Positions 8,689-17,906 of a DNA stretch of 64,000 bases are shown here, in pieces. The DNA is taken from NCBI GenBank assembly GCA_035695405.1, contig DASSED010000157.1:28407-92406 (forward strand), written 5' to 3'. Position 1 is the first letter of the stretch. Each line of letters starts with the position of its first letter. The translations under genes were made by a program, and so were the position numbers. The notes beneath the pieces are model-generated. The model was not told where the DNA came from. It saw only the letters and a list, made by a program, of their open reading frames with translations, and did not search any database. The DNA comes from Gemmatimonadales bacterium (GTDB lineage: Bacteria; Gemmatimonadota; Gemmatimonadetes; Gemmatimonadales; GWC2-71-9).

Positions 8689-10386
8689 TTACAACGCCGG
8701 CCCCTCCCCAACCATCGCCCGCCGAACCAACGGGATGGGCGGACCTCCGTACGAGAGAAACCGGTCGTGAAACTCCTTCCATGCGCTCCGACCTCCGCGG
8801 GACTTGGTCCAGTCCTCTCGTAAGTTCCGGATCATCAGCTTTCCCAGCGTGTAGTTGAGATAGGCCGGATCATAGGTGCCTCGAAGCGCCTGCTGCCGGG
8901 CAGTGCCGGGGTCGGTGTACGCCTCCTCCCGGAACAGACGGTCTGACTGGGCCACCGTCATACCCTTGGTATGGAGACCGATCGCGGATAGGAAGCGCGC
9001 GTTTCGGAGCAGCGCGTTGGCCAACTGGCCGATGTGGGTCTCGGGATCACCATTGCCCAACCCCGCTTCCCACATCATCTCCTCAGTGTAGTGGGCCCAG
9101 CCTTCGGCAAAGGCGTAGCCCACGAATACCTGGCCGAATTTGGAGGTTGACCGGTTGGAGTGCAGGAAGTTGAGGAAGTGGCCGGGCCACACCTCGTGCA
9201 CACTGGTGAACAGGAGGTCGGCCACTCCGGGTATGTAGGCCGCCTGCTCGGCCGGAGGCCATTTCGGGTCCGGGGGAGCGATGTAATAAATGGAAGGGAT
9301 GTTCTTCTCGTAGGGTCCCGGGATGTCGATATAGGCAAAGTTGAAGCGCTGATAGGGCGGCGCCTCGTGGACCAGGGCCCGCTCAGTCCCCGGCACGGAC
9401 ACCAGATCCTTGGCTTTCACGAACGCTTCCAGCGTATCCAGCTGGCGAGTTGCCGCCGCCACCGCGCCGCCCGCCGGTTTGTGGGCACTCATCTTTTCGA
9501 CGCATTGCGTGATGGACCGCTTGGGGGCGAACCGGGCGCAGGCTTCCTTGAGTGCCTTGATGTTGCGGTCCATATCCGCGCGGCCGATCTTCTCCAGCCG
9601 GTCGAGCGGGACATCCACCATCTCGGTTGATTTCAGCATGTCCTGAAACAGCTCAGGGCCCATGGCATACCCCGTCGTCCCCCGCTTTTGCTCCTGGGCT
9701 AGCCATCCGTCGATATCCTTGAGCGCCTGCACCGCGGCCCCGTTTGCCCGGGTGAACTCCTGCCGGATGAGCGTATCTCGCACCGAATCAAAGGCGGCGG
9801 GCACGTCCTTCTCCAGGTAGCTGGCGAGTCCCCCGAATCTCCCTCGGCCGATGTCGGCGTAGGCTTTGGGCAGCGGGGTGTGCAGGTTCTTCCGGATCTG
9901 CGACAACGCGGCGGGCAGGCCGGAGGCCCACCGGGTATAGGACTTCATCCGCTGGGCCAGCGGCGCATAGGGCCGTGCGAGGTATACGTTGGGATCGATC
10001 TGGTCGGTATACCAGCTGGGGTTCCGGTGAGGCCAGTCGGCTCGCTCGATCCAGAATAGGTCACGGTCGATATCCGCAACCAGGTAGTCCCGCTCGAAGC
10101 GGCTCGTGGGATCGCTGCTGTCGATGGGAAACGCCGTGGCGCTATCCCGCAAACCGTGAAGCCGCTGGATCCAGGCTTTGAGTCCCGGATCAGTCCAGTC
10201 GGGGAATCGGCCATCGAAATCGTGGCGCCCCTGATAAACAGCGAAGAGTGGGTTTGCCTGGAAGTAGGTCTCCAGAAACCCGGAGACGAAGCCGTTCCAG
10301 TCCGATCCCGAGCGGTGTCCGGCCGGCGCCCGGCATCCTGCCGTCAGTGCCAGGACCAGAGTCAACGCTGCCATTCGTGGGTACAT
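8689..10386 (-). CDS. DUF885 family lipoprotein (metallopeptidase-like HExxxGH motif)
   Basis: Signal/lipobox LVLALTAGC. HEVWPGHFLNF motif and overall length are typical of DUF885. Confidence 0.75.
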   Translation of the reverse strand: MYPRMAALTLVLALTAGCRAPAGHRSGSDWNGFVSGFLETYFQANPLFAVYQGRHDFDGRFPDWTDPGLKAWIQRLHGLRDSATAFPIDSSDPTSRFERDYLVADIDRDLFWIERADWPHRNPSWYTDQIDPNVYLARPYAPLAQRMKSYTRWASGLPAALSQIRKNLHTPLPKAYADIGRGRFGGLASYLEKDVPAAFDSVRDTLIRQEFTRANGAAVQALKDIDGWLAQEQKRGTTGYAMGPELFQDMLKSTEMVDVPLDRLEKIGRADMDRNIKALKEACARFAPKRSITQCVEKMSAHKPAGGAVAAATRQLDTLEAFVKAKDLVSVPGTERALVHEAPPYQRFNFAYIDIPGPYEKNIPSIYYIAPPDPKWPPAEQAAYIPGVADLLFTSVHEVWPGHFLNFLHSNRSTSKFGQVFVGYAFAEGWAHYTEEMMWEAGLGNGDPETHIGQLANALLRNARFLSAIGLHTKGMTVAQSDRLFREEAYTDPGTARQQALRGTYDPAYLNYTLGKLMIRNLREDWTKSRGGRSAWKEFHDRFLSYGGPPIPLVRRAMVGEGPAL

Positions 10387-10439
10387 CCGGCCTCCCTTTC
10401 AGTGTTGCCAACGTCCGTTTCTTGCCGTTTGTTTCGCGT

Positions 10440-12215
10440 ATGCACGACAACATTCCGGTGGTGAACGCCACCGAGCTGGATGCCGCCCTGCTCCAGGCCA
10501 CGATCACCCTGGCGCTCGCCGGCCTCTGCGCTTTTCTCTATGCCCGCTACCGAAAGCCCTATCTCGCCTGGTGGACGGGTGCGTGGGGACTCTATCTCCT
10601 GCGCATTGCCGCCATCACCAGCTTCCTGCTCACATCCAACCGCGTCTGGCTCTACTGGCATCAGGTCGTAACCGGATGGACGGCGCTGGCCTTACTGTAT
10701 GCCGCCCTGGTCTTCTCCCAGCAGGTTCGGTGGCGGCCCTGGTACCTGGCGCTGGTGGTCTTTCCTCCCGCTTGGTCATACGTAGCTATCTACCAACTGC
10801 AGCATTTTCTCTGGGCCGCAGGCCCCGCCGTGTTATTCCTCAGCCTTGCCACGCTCTGGACCGGTTGGGTCTTCTATCGCTATCGCCGCCGAGTGGGCTC
10901 GAGCGGGGCTACCCTCCTGGCCGCGGCGTTCGGCTTCTGGGGACTGCATCATCTCGATTATCCGTTCCTCAGGGCCCGGGGGAGTTGGGCTCCCTGGGGT
11001 TACTACCTGGACATCCTCCTGGCGCTGGCCGTAGGAGCGGGCATCCTGTTACTGGTACTCGACGATCTGCGGCGAGGATTGGGCGCACTCTCGGCTCTAT
11101 CGAGCGATCTCCAGCGCGCCGGACGAGAGCAGGATGTGCTCGACGCGCTCCTGGCCCGGCCGCTGTCACTCCCCGCGGTTCGGGGCAGTGCCCTCTACGC
11201 CATCGAGGGCTCCGGGACTGCTTTCGTCCGGGGCGCCGGAGTGTGCGCCGAGTGGACCTCGGGGGCTATGTCGCCCTCGGCTGCTGGGGTCCTGAACCGA
11301 GTCATCGAGACAGCCCGACCCCAATTCAGCACCGAATGGTTCGAGACCACCAGCGGGAAGCGACCGGTCTACGAATATGTCGCGGTACTTCCCATCTTCA
11401 AAAACGGGCTGGTCAGCGCAGCGCTGGTGCTGGTGGGACACGCTCGCGATCCGTTCACGGCGTTGGACGACAAATTTCTGCTGGCTCTGGGGCATCAGGT
11501 CGGCGCCGCGTTGGAAAACGCGGACCTGTACAGCCGGCTCGAGGCGCGCACGGTGGAGCTGGCGCGCCTCTCTGCCCGCATGATCGAACAGCACGAGGAG
11601 GAGCGCCGCCGCCTCTCCCGCGAGCTGCACGATGAGACAGCCCAGGTTTTCTCCGCGGTCAAGATGGAGCTTCAGGTGCTGCGGGACAATCTCCGGCCGG
11701 AGCATGGGCCACGGCTGGATCAGATTCTGACACTCATCGACACCGGGATTCGGAGCATTCGCAGCGTCACCAACGATCTTCGGCCTTCGCTGCTGGACGA
11801 CCTGGGGCTGCTGCCGGCGTTGCGCTCCCTGGTGGCCGATTTCAGCGAGCGCAGTGGCATTCAGACCGGCCTGGCGGTTCCATCCAAGCTGCCGCCCCTC
11901 TCCCGCGAGGCCGAGCTGGCGCTTTTCCGGGCACTCCAGGAGGCGTTATCCAACGTACTTCGCCACGCGAATGCCCAGTCGGTCGAGATCGGGATTTCCG
12001 TCAGTACTGAAGGGGTATTGCTTCAGGTGAGCGATGACGGCAAGGGACTGCCGGCCGGCATTCCGATCGAAGCGCTCGAGCTGCACGGGCACATGGGTCT
12101 GGCCGGCATGCGAGAGAGGATCATGGCGCTGGGCGGCACCGTTCGCCTGCGCCCGCAGCATGGCGCCGGAGCTCTGCTGGAGGTGCTGGTGCCGGCCGAG
12201 TCCGGCGGAAGCTGA
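10440..12215 (+). CDS. Membrane sensor histidine kinase (multi-TM N-terminus, GAF-like region, HisKA_3, HATPase_c)
   Basis: H-box RLSRELHDETAQ and ATPase motifs (NVLRHANA, DDGKGLP, GLAGMRERI). ATG 10440 (MHDNIPVV..) is used rather than the track start 10248, which would overlap the divergent DUF885 gene. Confidence 0.85.
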   Translation: MHDNIPVVNATELDAALLQATITLALAGLCAFLYARYRKPYLAWWTGAWGLYLLRIAAITSFLLTSNRVWLYWHQVVTGWTALALLYAALVFSQQVRWRPWYLALVVFPPAWSYVAIYQLQHFLWAAGPAVLFLSLATLWTGWVFYRYRRRVGSSGATLLAAAFGFWGLHHLDYPFLRARGSWAPWGYYLDILLALAVGAGILLLVLDDLRRGLGALSALSSDLQRAGREQDVLDALLARPLSLPAVRGSALYAIEGSGTAFVRGAGVCAEWTSGAMSPSAAGVLNRVIETARPQFSTEWFETTSGKRPVYEYVAVLPIFKNGLVSAALVLVGHARDPFTALDDKFLLALGHQVGAALENADLYSRLEARTVELARLSARMIEQHEEERRRLSRELHDETAQVFSAVKMELQVLRDNLRPEHGPRLDQILTLIDTGIRSIRSVTNDLRPSLLDDLGLLPALRSLVADFSERSGIQTGLAVPSKLPPLSREAELALFRALQEALSNVLRHANAQSVEIGISVSTEGVLLQVSDDGKGLPAGIPIEALELHGHMGLAGMRERIMALGGTVRLRPQHGAGALLEVLVPAESGGS

Positions 12216-12216
12216 G

Positions 12217-12870
12217 ATGAACGAGAAGCCGATCCGGGTCCTGGTGGTCGATGACCACACGATCGTACGGACCGGCATCCGCCACGTACTGGAGAGTGAG
12301 GCCGGCTTCGAGGTCGTAGGCGAAGCGGCCAGCGGAGCCGAAGCGGTGTCCCTCGCCACAGCGCTGCAGCCGGATGTCGTGCTGCTCGACATCAGCATGC
12401 CGGACGGATCGGGGCTGCAAGTGGCGAATCGTCTGAGCCGGGAGACGGCTCCGCCCCGAGTGCTGATGCTCAGCATGCACAGCAATGCGGAGTATGTGCT
12501 GGAGAGTGTACGGGCCGGAGCCCACGGCTACCTGCTCAAGGATGCCGCGGCCACGGAGCTTCGAAGCGCCATCCGGGCTGTGTGCCGGGGCGAGTCGTAC
12601 TTCAGCCCGCCAGTCGCCGGCAGCTTGAGCGCCGCGGTTCGGGGCGACCACGATGCGCACGCCTCACTGGTCTCTCAGCTCACCGGCCGGGAGCGCGAGG
12701 TGCTCCAGGGTATTGCTCGGGGGCTTACCAACAAGGAGATCGCGGCCGAGCTGGGAATCAGCCACCGCACCGTGGAGACCCACCGGGAAAGCCTCATGCG
12801 AAAGCTCCAGATCCGAACCGTGGCGGAGCTGACCCGGCTGGCGCTCGCCACCGGAGTCATCAGGAGCTGA
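12217..12870 (+). CDS. NarL/FixJ-family response regulator (REC + LuxR-type HTH)
   Basis: ATG lies 1 nt after the kinase stop. IRVLVVDDH.., LLDISMPDGSG, and HTH LTNKEIAAELGISHRTVETH. The track start at 12034 is an upstream extension inside the kinase gene. Confidence 0.9.
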   Translation: MNEKPIRVLVVDDHTIVRTGIRHVLESEAGFEVVGEAASGAEAVSLATALQPDVVLLDISMPDGSGLQVANRLSRETAPPRVLMLSMHSNAEYVLESVRAGAHGYLLKDAAATELRSAIRAVCRGESYFSPPVAGSLSAAVRGDHDAHASLVSQLTGREREVLQGIARGLTNKEIAAELGISHRTVETHRESLMRKLQIRTVAELTRLALATGVIRS

Positions 12871-12891
12871 CCGCCACATTATGTTAGGACG

Positions 12892-14043
12892 ATGACCGAT
12901 CTCAAGCCGTTCGCTCCCCATGCTCCACCCGGTGCTGTGGATCCGAAAGCGCGTCCACGCACCGGCATCGTCATGCTGAACCTGGGTGGGCCGGCGACGC
13001 TGGACGATGTAGAGCCGTTCCTACTAGAGCTCTTCGCCGATCGCGAGATCATCCAGCTGCCGTTCCAGCGCTGGCTGGGACCCTACATCGCCCGCCGGCG
13101 GACCCCGAAAGTCCGCGGTCTCTACGCCGCCATCGGTGGCGGGTCTCCCATCCTTCGATTTACCGAAGCCCAGGGACGCGGCATGGTCGCCCGGCTGGAC
13201 CGGGTGTCACCCGGGTCCGCACCCCACAGGTTCTACGTCGCGTTCCGCTATACCCGCCCGAACAGCGATGACGCCTTGAGGCAGATGCGGGCGGATGGAA
13301 TCGAGCGGGCCATCGCATTCACCCAGTATCCTCAGTTCAGTTGCAGCACGACCGGCTCCAGCCTCAACGAGCTGTGGCGGGCGGCATCTCGTACCGGGCT
13401 TCAGAATGCGTTCGAGTGGAGCATCATCGATCGCTGGCCGGTGCACCCGGGTTTCATCGAAGCGATGACCGAGACGGTGCGGGATGGTCTGGATCAGTTC
13501 GACCCTGCCGACCGGGATCGGGTCCTGCTCCTGTTCAGCGCCCATTCATTGCCGCTGGATGTGATCGATCGGGGAGACTCGTACCCCCAGGAGATCGGGG
13601 CGAGCGTACAACGGGTGGTGGAGCGGCTGGGCACGGAGAATCAGTACATCCTTGCCTATCAATCCGATGTGGGGCCGATCCGGTGGCTCGGCGCGCGCAC
13701 CGAACAGGTCATCCGCCAGCTGGGAGCCCGGGGCCACAAGCACGTGCTGGTGGTTCCCATCGCGTTCACCAGCGATCACATCGAGACGTTATCGGAGCTG
13801 GATCGGGAATACGGGGAAGTGGCCCATCAGGCGGGGATCACGCACTATCGCCGTGCGCCGGCCCTGAACGACCGGCCCCGGTTTCTGGATGCATTAGCCG
13901 AGATCGTCCGGGACCACTTGAGCTCGGGTGAGACGCACAGCACCCAGTACTCACTCCGGTGCGCTGGATGCACCAACTCGCAATGCAGGAATATTTTGAG
14001 GCCGGTGGGGAGAGAGTCGAGAGTCGCGGGTCACGAGTCATGA
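12892..14043 (+). CDS. hemH: Ferrochelatase with C-terminal Cys-x2-Cys-x4-Cys motif ([2Fe-2S]-type)
   Basis: GIVMLNLGGP, QYPQFSCSTTGSS, and a C-terminal RCAGCTNSQC. Confidence 0.9.
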   Translation: MTDLKPFAPHAPPGAVDPKARPRTGIVMLNLGGPATLDDVEPFLLELFADREIIQLPFQRWLGPYIARRRTPKVRGLYAAIGGGSPILRFTEAQGRGMVARLDRVSPGSAPHRFYVAFRYTRPNSDDALRQMRADGIERAIAFTQYPQFSCSTTGSSLNELWRAASRTGLQNAFEWSIIDRWPVHPGFIEAMTETVRDGLDQFDPADRDRVLLLFSAHSLPLDVIDRGDSYPQEIGASVQRVVERLGTENQYILAYQSDVGPIRWLGARTEQVIRQLGARGHKHVLVVPIAFTSDHIETLSELDREYGEVAHQAGITHYRRAPALNDRPRFLDALAEIVRDHLSSGETHSTQYSLRCAGCTNSQCRNILRPVGRESRVAGHES

Positions 14044-14047
14044 TGTC
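14012..14047. repeat. Tandem heptads GAGAGTC GAGAGTC GCGGGTC ACGAGTC ATGATGTC covering the last codons and the stop of hemH
   Basis: Read directly. The first 14 nt are the exact reverse complement of 55661-55674. Confidence 0.6.
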
Positions 14048-14141
14048 GTCATTCTGAGAGAGTAAAGAGGATCCCTCAGACACCTTTGGAGAGATCCCTT
14101 CGCACTGCTGAGGCAGGCTACTTCGCTTCGCTCAGGGTGAC
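14045..14141. repeat. GTCATYCTGAG-type imperfect inverted repeat element between convergent hemH and hemA
   Basis: GTCATTCTGAG (14049-14059) and CTCAGGGTGAC (14131-14141) form the termini. Inner GAGGATCCCT / AGATCCCTTC segments are present. Same terminal motif as 50976-51009. Confidence 0.5.
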
Positions 14142-14155
14142 ATAACCGCGACTTA

Positions 14156-15349
14156 CTACTCCTGCCGCAAACCCCGACTCACCGGATAGAGCACCCGCCG
14201 CACCAGACGATCCGCCATCTGTCGCACGACCTCGCGCTGCGAAGGGGAGATGTCGCCCAATTGGTCCAGCGCCCGGTTGGATTCCTCCTCCGCCAGCTGA
14301 ATGCCGAGGCGATGCAACTCCGCCAAACGAGGCGCCACGGCGTGGCCCCGAAGACTCAATCCCAGTCTTGCCAGCTCATCGTCGATCAACCGCTCCGCCT
14401 CGAGCAGCGCCTCAGAGGCAGCGGCCGCGGCCGGGCAGCAAAGCCGCTGGAGATCGTCCAGATCGAAGAGCTCGACACCGATGATGTTGCGGGCGGTTGG
14501 TTCCACGTTGCGGGGAATGCCGAGGTCAATGACCGACAGTTTCCAGTTGGCCCGAGGAGCCATGACCCGGTCCAGATCCGCGTGACTGACAACCGGATGG
14601 GCCGAAGAGGTTGCGACGATCAGGAGATCAGCGTTTCCTATAGCCCTCGCTGACTGCTCCATCCCGGCGATTGAGGCTCCCCAGGCCTGGGCCAGTGTCC
14701 GTGAGCGCTCCGGCCGGCGGCAGAGCAAAGCGACATTCCTGACTCCGCGCTCCTGGAGTGCCCGGAGAATCCCTTCCGCCGCCTCTCCTGCCCCCATCAC
14801 CACAACCACCTTCTCATCCCGTCCGCCGTCCCACTGATCGGCAATAAGTCCCACTGCGGCGGAGCTCACCGAAGCGGGGTGACGTCCCAGGACAGTCTCG
14901 CGGCGCACCCGGCGGCCGGCACTGAGAGCCGCAGAAAAGATGAGATCCATCTCCCGGGTGGTGGTGCCCTCGGCTCGAGCCGCATCGTACGCCCGCCGCA
15001 CCTGGCCCAGAATTTCGGTCTCCCCCAGCACCTGCGAGTCGAGTCCTGCCGCGACTACGAAGAGGTGACGGATCGCGGCCGTTCCATCCAGACGAACGAG
15101 GTTGCTCACGGCATCTGCGCCTCGTGCTCGAGCGAGGCTACGGAGCCATGCGTCACCATCCTGCTCGCCGGTCCAGTAGTACTCCACCCGGTTGCAGGTA
15201 GAGAGAACGATGGCGGTCTGGCCGGCGAGACGTGACCGCTGTAGCAGCGCAGCGGTATCGGCCCGGGTAAGGGCATACCGTTCGCGCTCCTCAACCCTGG
15301 CCGTATGGTGGCTTATGCCAACGAGATGGAATGATGGCTCTGGCCTCAC
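14156..15349 (-). CDS. hemA: Glutamyl-tRNA reductase
   Basis: LSTCNRVEYY active-site motif, an NADPH-binding VVVMGAGEAA, and a typical dimerisation tail. Confidence 0.9.
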   Translation of the reverse strand: MRPEPSFHLVGISHHTARVEERERYALTRADTAALLQRSRLAGQTAIVLSTCNRVEYYWTGEQDGDAWLRSLARARGADAVSNLVRLDGTAAIRHLFVVAAGLDSQVLGETEILGQVRRAYDAARAEGTTTREMDLIFSAALSAGRRVRRETVLGRHPASVSSAAVGLIADQWDGGRDEKVVVVMGAGEAAEGILRALQERGVRNVALLCRRPERSRTLAQAWGASIAGMEQSARAIGNADLLIVATSSAHPVVSHADLDRVMAPRANWKLSVIDLGIPRNVEPTARNIIGVELFDLDDLQRLCCPAAAAASEALLEAERLIDDELARLGLSLRGHAVAPRLAELHRLGIQLAEEESNRALDQLGDISPSQREVVRQMADRLVRRVLYPVSRGLRQE

Positions 15350-15423
15350 ATCACAACGGTAGGATTTCTCGTGAGGGCTTACAATCCGCGCTGCTACGGA
15401 GTCGGGTTCCGTAGTATCCCGGA

Positions 15424-15454
15424 GAAAACCACACCCCGGAGGGCCGGGGTGTGG
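15424..15454 (-). terminator. Rho-independent terminator of hsp20
   Basis: Minus-strand reading: CCACACCCCGG-CCCT-CCGGGGTGTGG followed by TTTTCTCC. It starts about 25 nt after the hsp20 stop. Confidence 0.7.
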
Positions 15455-15479
15455 AGGTTACACCTGATCTCCAGTGCAG

Positions 15480-16064
15480 TTATCGCTGATTACGGCCGCC
15501 GTTGCCGACTTCCTCTGCCTCGGCGCGAGATGCACGAGAGGTGCTGCCCTGCTTCGTGGAACCAGGGGCCTGATTTTCCTTTTGAGTGCGAACCTGGGTT
15601 GCTCCGCTCCCGGAAGCGTTGACCCGAATCTCCCTCGGGCGAGCCCGCTCTGACTTGCGGATGGTGACGTCGAGCAGGCCGTTCTCGAAGCTGGCTTCGA
15701 TCCGGTCCGGATCAACCGTGTTGGGGAGCACGAACGTGCGCTCGAACGTGCCGTAGATCCGCTCGATCCGATGGACTCGCTCGTTGTTCTCCTCCGATTC
15801 CTGCTTCTTCTCGCCCCGAATGGTCAGAACATTGTTCTCCAGCGAGATGCGAACGTCATCGGGATCGATGCCCGGAAGCTCCATAGAGATCCGGATGCTG
15901 TCCTTGTCCTCCGATACATCCGTGGCCGGAAGCCAATTGGCACTCAGGATGTTGCCACCCTGTTCGGAAAACGGCAGACCGCTGAAAGCCTCGTCCAGAA
16001 TCCGGTTCAGCCGCTGAAGTCCAAAGAAATTGGCGGGGTTTTCACGCCGAGTGATTGATGCCAT
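15480..16064 (-). CDS. Hsp20/alpha-crystallin small heat-shock protein with a long polar C-terminal tail
   Basis: ATG 16064 with AGGAGGAG RBS. MASITRR..WLPATDVSEDKDSIRISMELPGIDPDDVRISLENNVLTIRGEKK.. The track start at 16208 is an upstream extension. Confidence 0.85.
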   Translation of the reverse strand: MASITRRENPANFFGLQRLNRILDEAFSGLPFSEQGGNILSANWLPATDVSEDKDSIRISMELPGIDPDDVRISLENNVLTIRGEKKQESEENNERVHRIERIYGTFERTFVLPNTVDPDRIEASFENGLLDVTIRKSERARPREIRVNASGSGATQVRTQKENQAPGSTKQGSTSRASRAEAEEVGNGGRNQR

Positions 16065-16149
16065 GACTCCTCCTGTCAAATACAATCCAGAGTTTGCCCG
16101 ATGATGGTTATGGCCGACTGCTGGCAATCGACAGAAGCAGTCCGCGTGC

Positions 16150-16188
16150 CATCCTAAGGGGGCTTTCACCGCCAATTTGGCGCAAGGA
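16150..16188 (-). promoter_or_regulatory. Possible heat-shock (sigma-32-like) promoter upstream of hsp20
   Basis: Minus-strand CTTGCGC (16186-16180), then about 17 nt, then CCCCCTTA (16162-16155). This resembles CTTGAAA-N13-17-CCCCATNT, but the spacing is at the long end. Confidence 0.25.
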
Positions 16189-16253
16189 AATCCGCCGCTG
16201 GCAGACACCTGGAACCATTTGTCCAGTCTGGTAACAGCCTACGACATGAGGTT

Positions 16254-16727
16254 TTACCGGCTCGAGCTCTTGACTGCTCCCTGGTACATCGCAATCAGGC
16301 GGCGCATTCGCTCGATGTGGCCCGGCAACTTGGACCGGTCCAGGGTTGCCGTGGTTCCGGCTCCACCGCCCAGCTCGTTCATAGCCGAGTCGCGCAGCGT
16401 CCTGAAGTCGCCGGAATCGGCGTATCCAGCCCGATAGAGGTCGGCGGCCATGGAGTTTACCAAGTCTCCCGCCAGGTTTTTGTAGGCGGTCAGGTTATTG
16501 GGATCCACCGGTTGGCTTCCGGAAGCCATCAAGTTCAGTTGATTCTGCACTGCCGGGATGAGTCTGGGCGCCTGGAGCTCGGCACCACTATTGGTCCCCT
16601 CCACGCCCGCAGTCTTGGCACTGCTGTCGGAATCAGCGGTGTACGCGGAGGCCGATGCATTTCCGGCGTGTTCGCGCGAGCAGCCGAGCAGAAGCAGGCC
16701 GGCCGCCAGCATAAGAGCTCGTTGCAT
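16254..16727 (-). CDS. Hypothetical lipoprotein
   Basis: ATG 16727 with AAAGGAGTG RBS. Signal/lipobox LLLLGCS. No family recognised. Confidence 0.6.
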   Translation of the reverse strand: MQRALMLAAGLLLLGCSREHAGNASASAYTADSDSSAKTAGVEGTNSGAELQAPRLIPAVQNQLNLMASGSQPVDPNNLTAYKNLAGDLVNSMAADLYRAGYADSGDFRTLRDSAMNELGGGAGTTATLDRSKLPGHIERMRRLIAMYQGAVKSSSR

Positions 16728-16809
16728 ACCCACTCCTTTGCGCCTCAGGTTCTCCGCAGCAATCAACCATCCCTCCGGATGAGGGTCGGTGTTCCCGCTC
16801 ACCCGACGG

Positions 16810-17820
16810 TCAGTGAATCAGGGTTATGGGTGTGGGCCGCCCGATGAGGAGCATGGCGTCTACCGCCCGGCGAAGGGCAAAGCGGGAGGGCCAGAACTCC
16901 AGATGAAAACCCTCCTGCTCCACATCGTACACCGGCTCTCGGACAGCATCGGTTGTGCTATCCAGTTGAGTGGCGAAGGTTGCGCTCCGCTTACCCATCA
17001 GGAAGTCGTACATGCGAGTGGCGGGCAGGCCACCCTCCTGCCGGGCATCGGTGAGAATGCTATACAGCTGGGTGCTATCCTGCGTGAGGTACCCGGCGAA
17101 CCAGTGATCGAACCGATCATGGACCCGGCCCAACCGGACCTCTCCTCCGATCTCCTTCAGTCCGTGATAGCCTCCCATGAAGATGAGCACCCGCCACTCG
17201 GGATGCTCCCGAACCACCTTCTCGAACCCTTGTGCCATCCACACGTCCCGGTTGACGAAGCCACCGGTGGCCATATGCTCCGTGAGCGGTGCGATGGGCC
17301 AGCCTCGGAGATCGGCGGCCAGTATGTGGACTCGATGTGCCGGATGCTTGGCGTTCCAGTGATACACCGCGCGATAGATCCCCAGGTATTCGAGACTGAC
17401 GCCCCAGTGGGAGCGCAGCGTTCGGGGATGGTTCAGCAAGATAGAGGTGTCTTCGGGCTGGGAAGCGAGATAGTGGTCGATCCATTCCTGCTGCTCGGAG
17501 GCCACCTCCAGCGCGAGCAGGTCGATCGAATACTGGCTGTTCTGTCCCCGGATGAGCTGCGCGACTAGCAGCTTGGGCTCGGCGATCGGGTGGATATCGC
17601 CCAGAAAGACTATCTGATGTTGGCTGAGGGCCTGCTGGACGAACGATAGCGGATCGGAGGGAGGTAGAGCGGAGAAGGCGGAAAGAGGGGAAGCGGAAAT
17701 AGAAAGCAAGCGGAAAGAGCGGAAAAGGCGGAAAAGGCGAAGTGGAAGAAAGCGCGGACGAATAGACGGAGCACTGCTGGGGTTCAAACAGACTTTCCTG
17801 GCGTTTGCGTTGTCCGACAT
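16810..17820 (-). CDS. ChaN/Tiki-superfamily-like protein (haem-binding-uptake-like fold); start uncertain
   Basis: IVFLGDIHP and LIFMGGYHG motifs resemble the ChaN / erythromycin-esterase / Tiki GxxH pair. The first ~50 codons are encoded by the GCGGAA repeat array and read like a signal peptide (..RLFRLFRSFRLLSISASPLSAFSA). Confidence 0.55.
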   Translation of the reverse strand: MSDNANARKVCLNPSSAPSIRPRFLPLRLFRLFRSFRLLSISASPLSAFSALPPSDPLSFVQQALSQHQIVFLGDIHPIAEPKLLVAQLIRGQNSQYSIDLLALEVASEQQEWIDHYLASQPEDTSILLNHPRTLRSHWGVSLEYLGIYRAVYHWNAKHPAHRVHILAADLRGWPIAPLTEHMATGGFVNRDVWMAQGFEKVVREHPEWRVLIFMGGYHGLKEIGGEVRLGRVHDRFDHWFAGYLTQDSTQLYSILTDARQEGGLPATRMYDFLMGKRSATFATQLDSTTDAVREPVYDVEQEGFHLEFWPSRFALRRAVDAMLLIGRPTPITLIH

Positions 17821-17906
17821 GTCCGCTATTTACCGCTCCTTCCGCTTCGGTGCTCCGCTTCTGTTTTTCCGCCTTCCGCTTCTCTTCGTCCGCCTCTCTT
17901 ACCTCC
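17650..17906. repeat. Inverted arrays of GCGGAA(A/G)-type 7-9-nt units (purine-biased left arm, pyrimidine-biased right arm)
   Basis: The left arm (about 17655-17775) contains GCGGAGAAG, GCGGAAAG, GCGGAAAT, GCGGAAAG, GCGGAAAAG x2 and similar units. The right arm (17821-17906) contains CTTCCGC / CCGCTTC units. Both arms begin GGAGGTA(A)GAG when read outward to inward. Confidence 0.6.
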
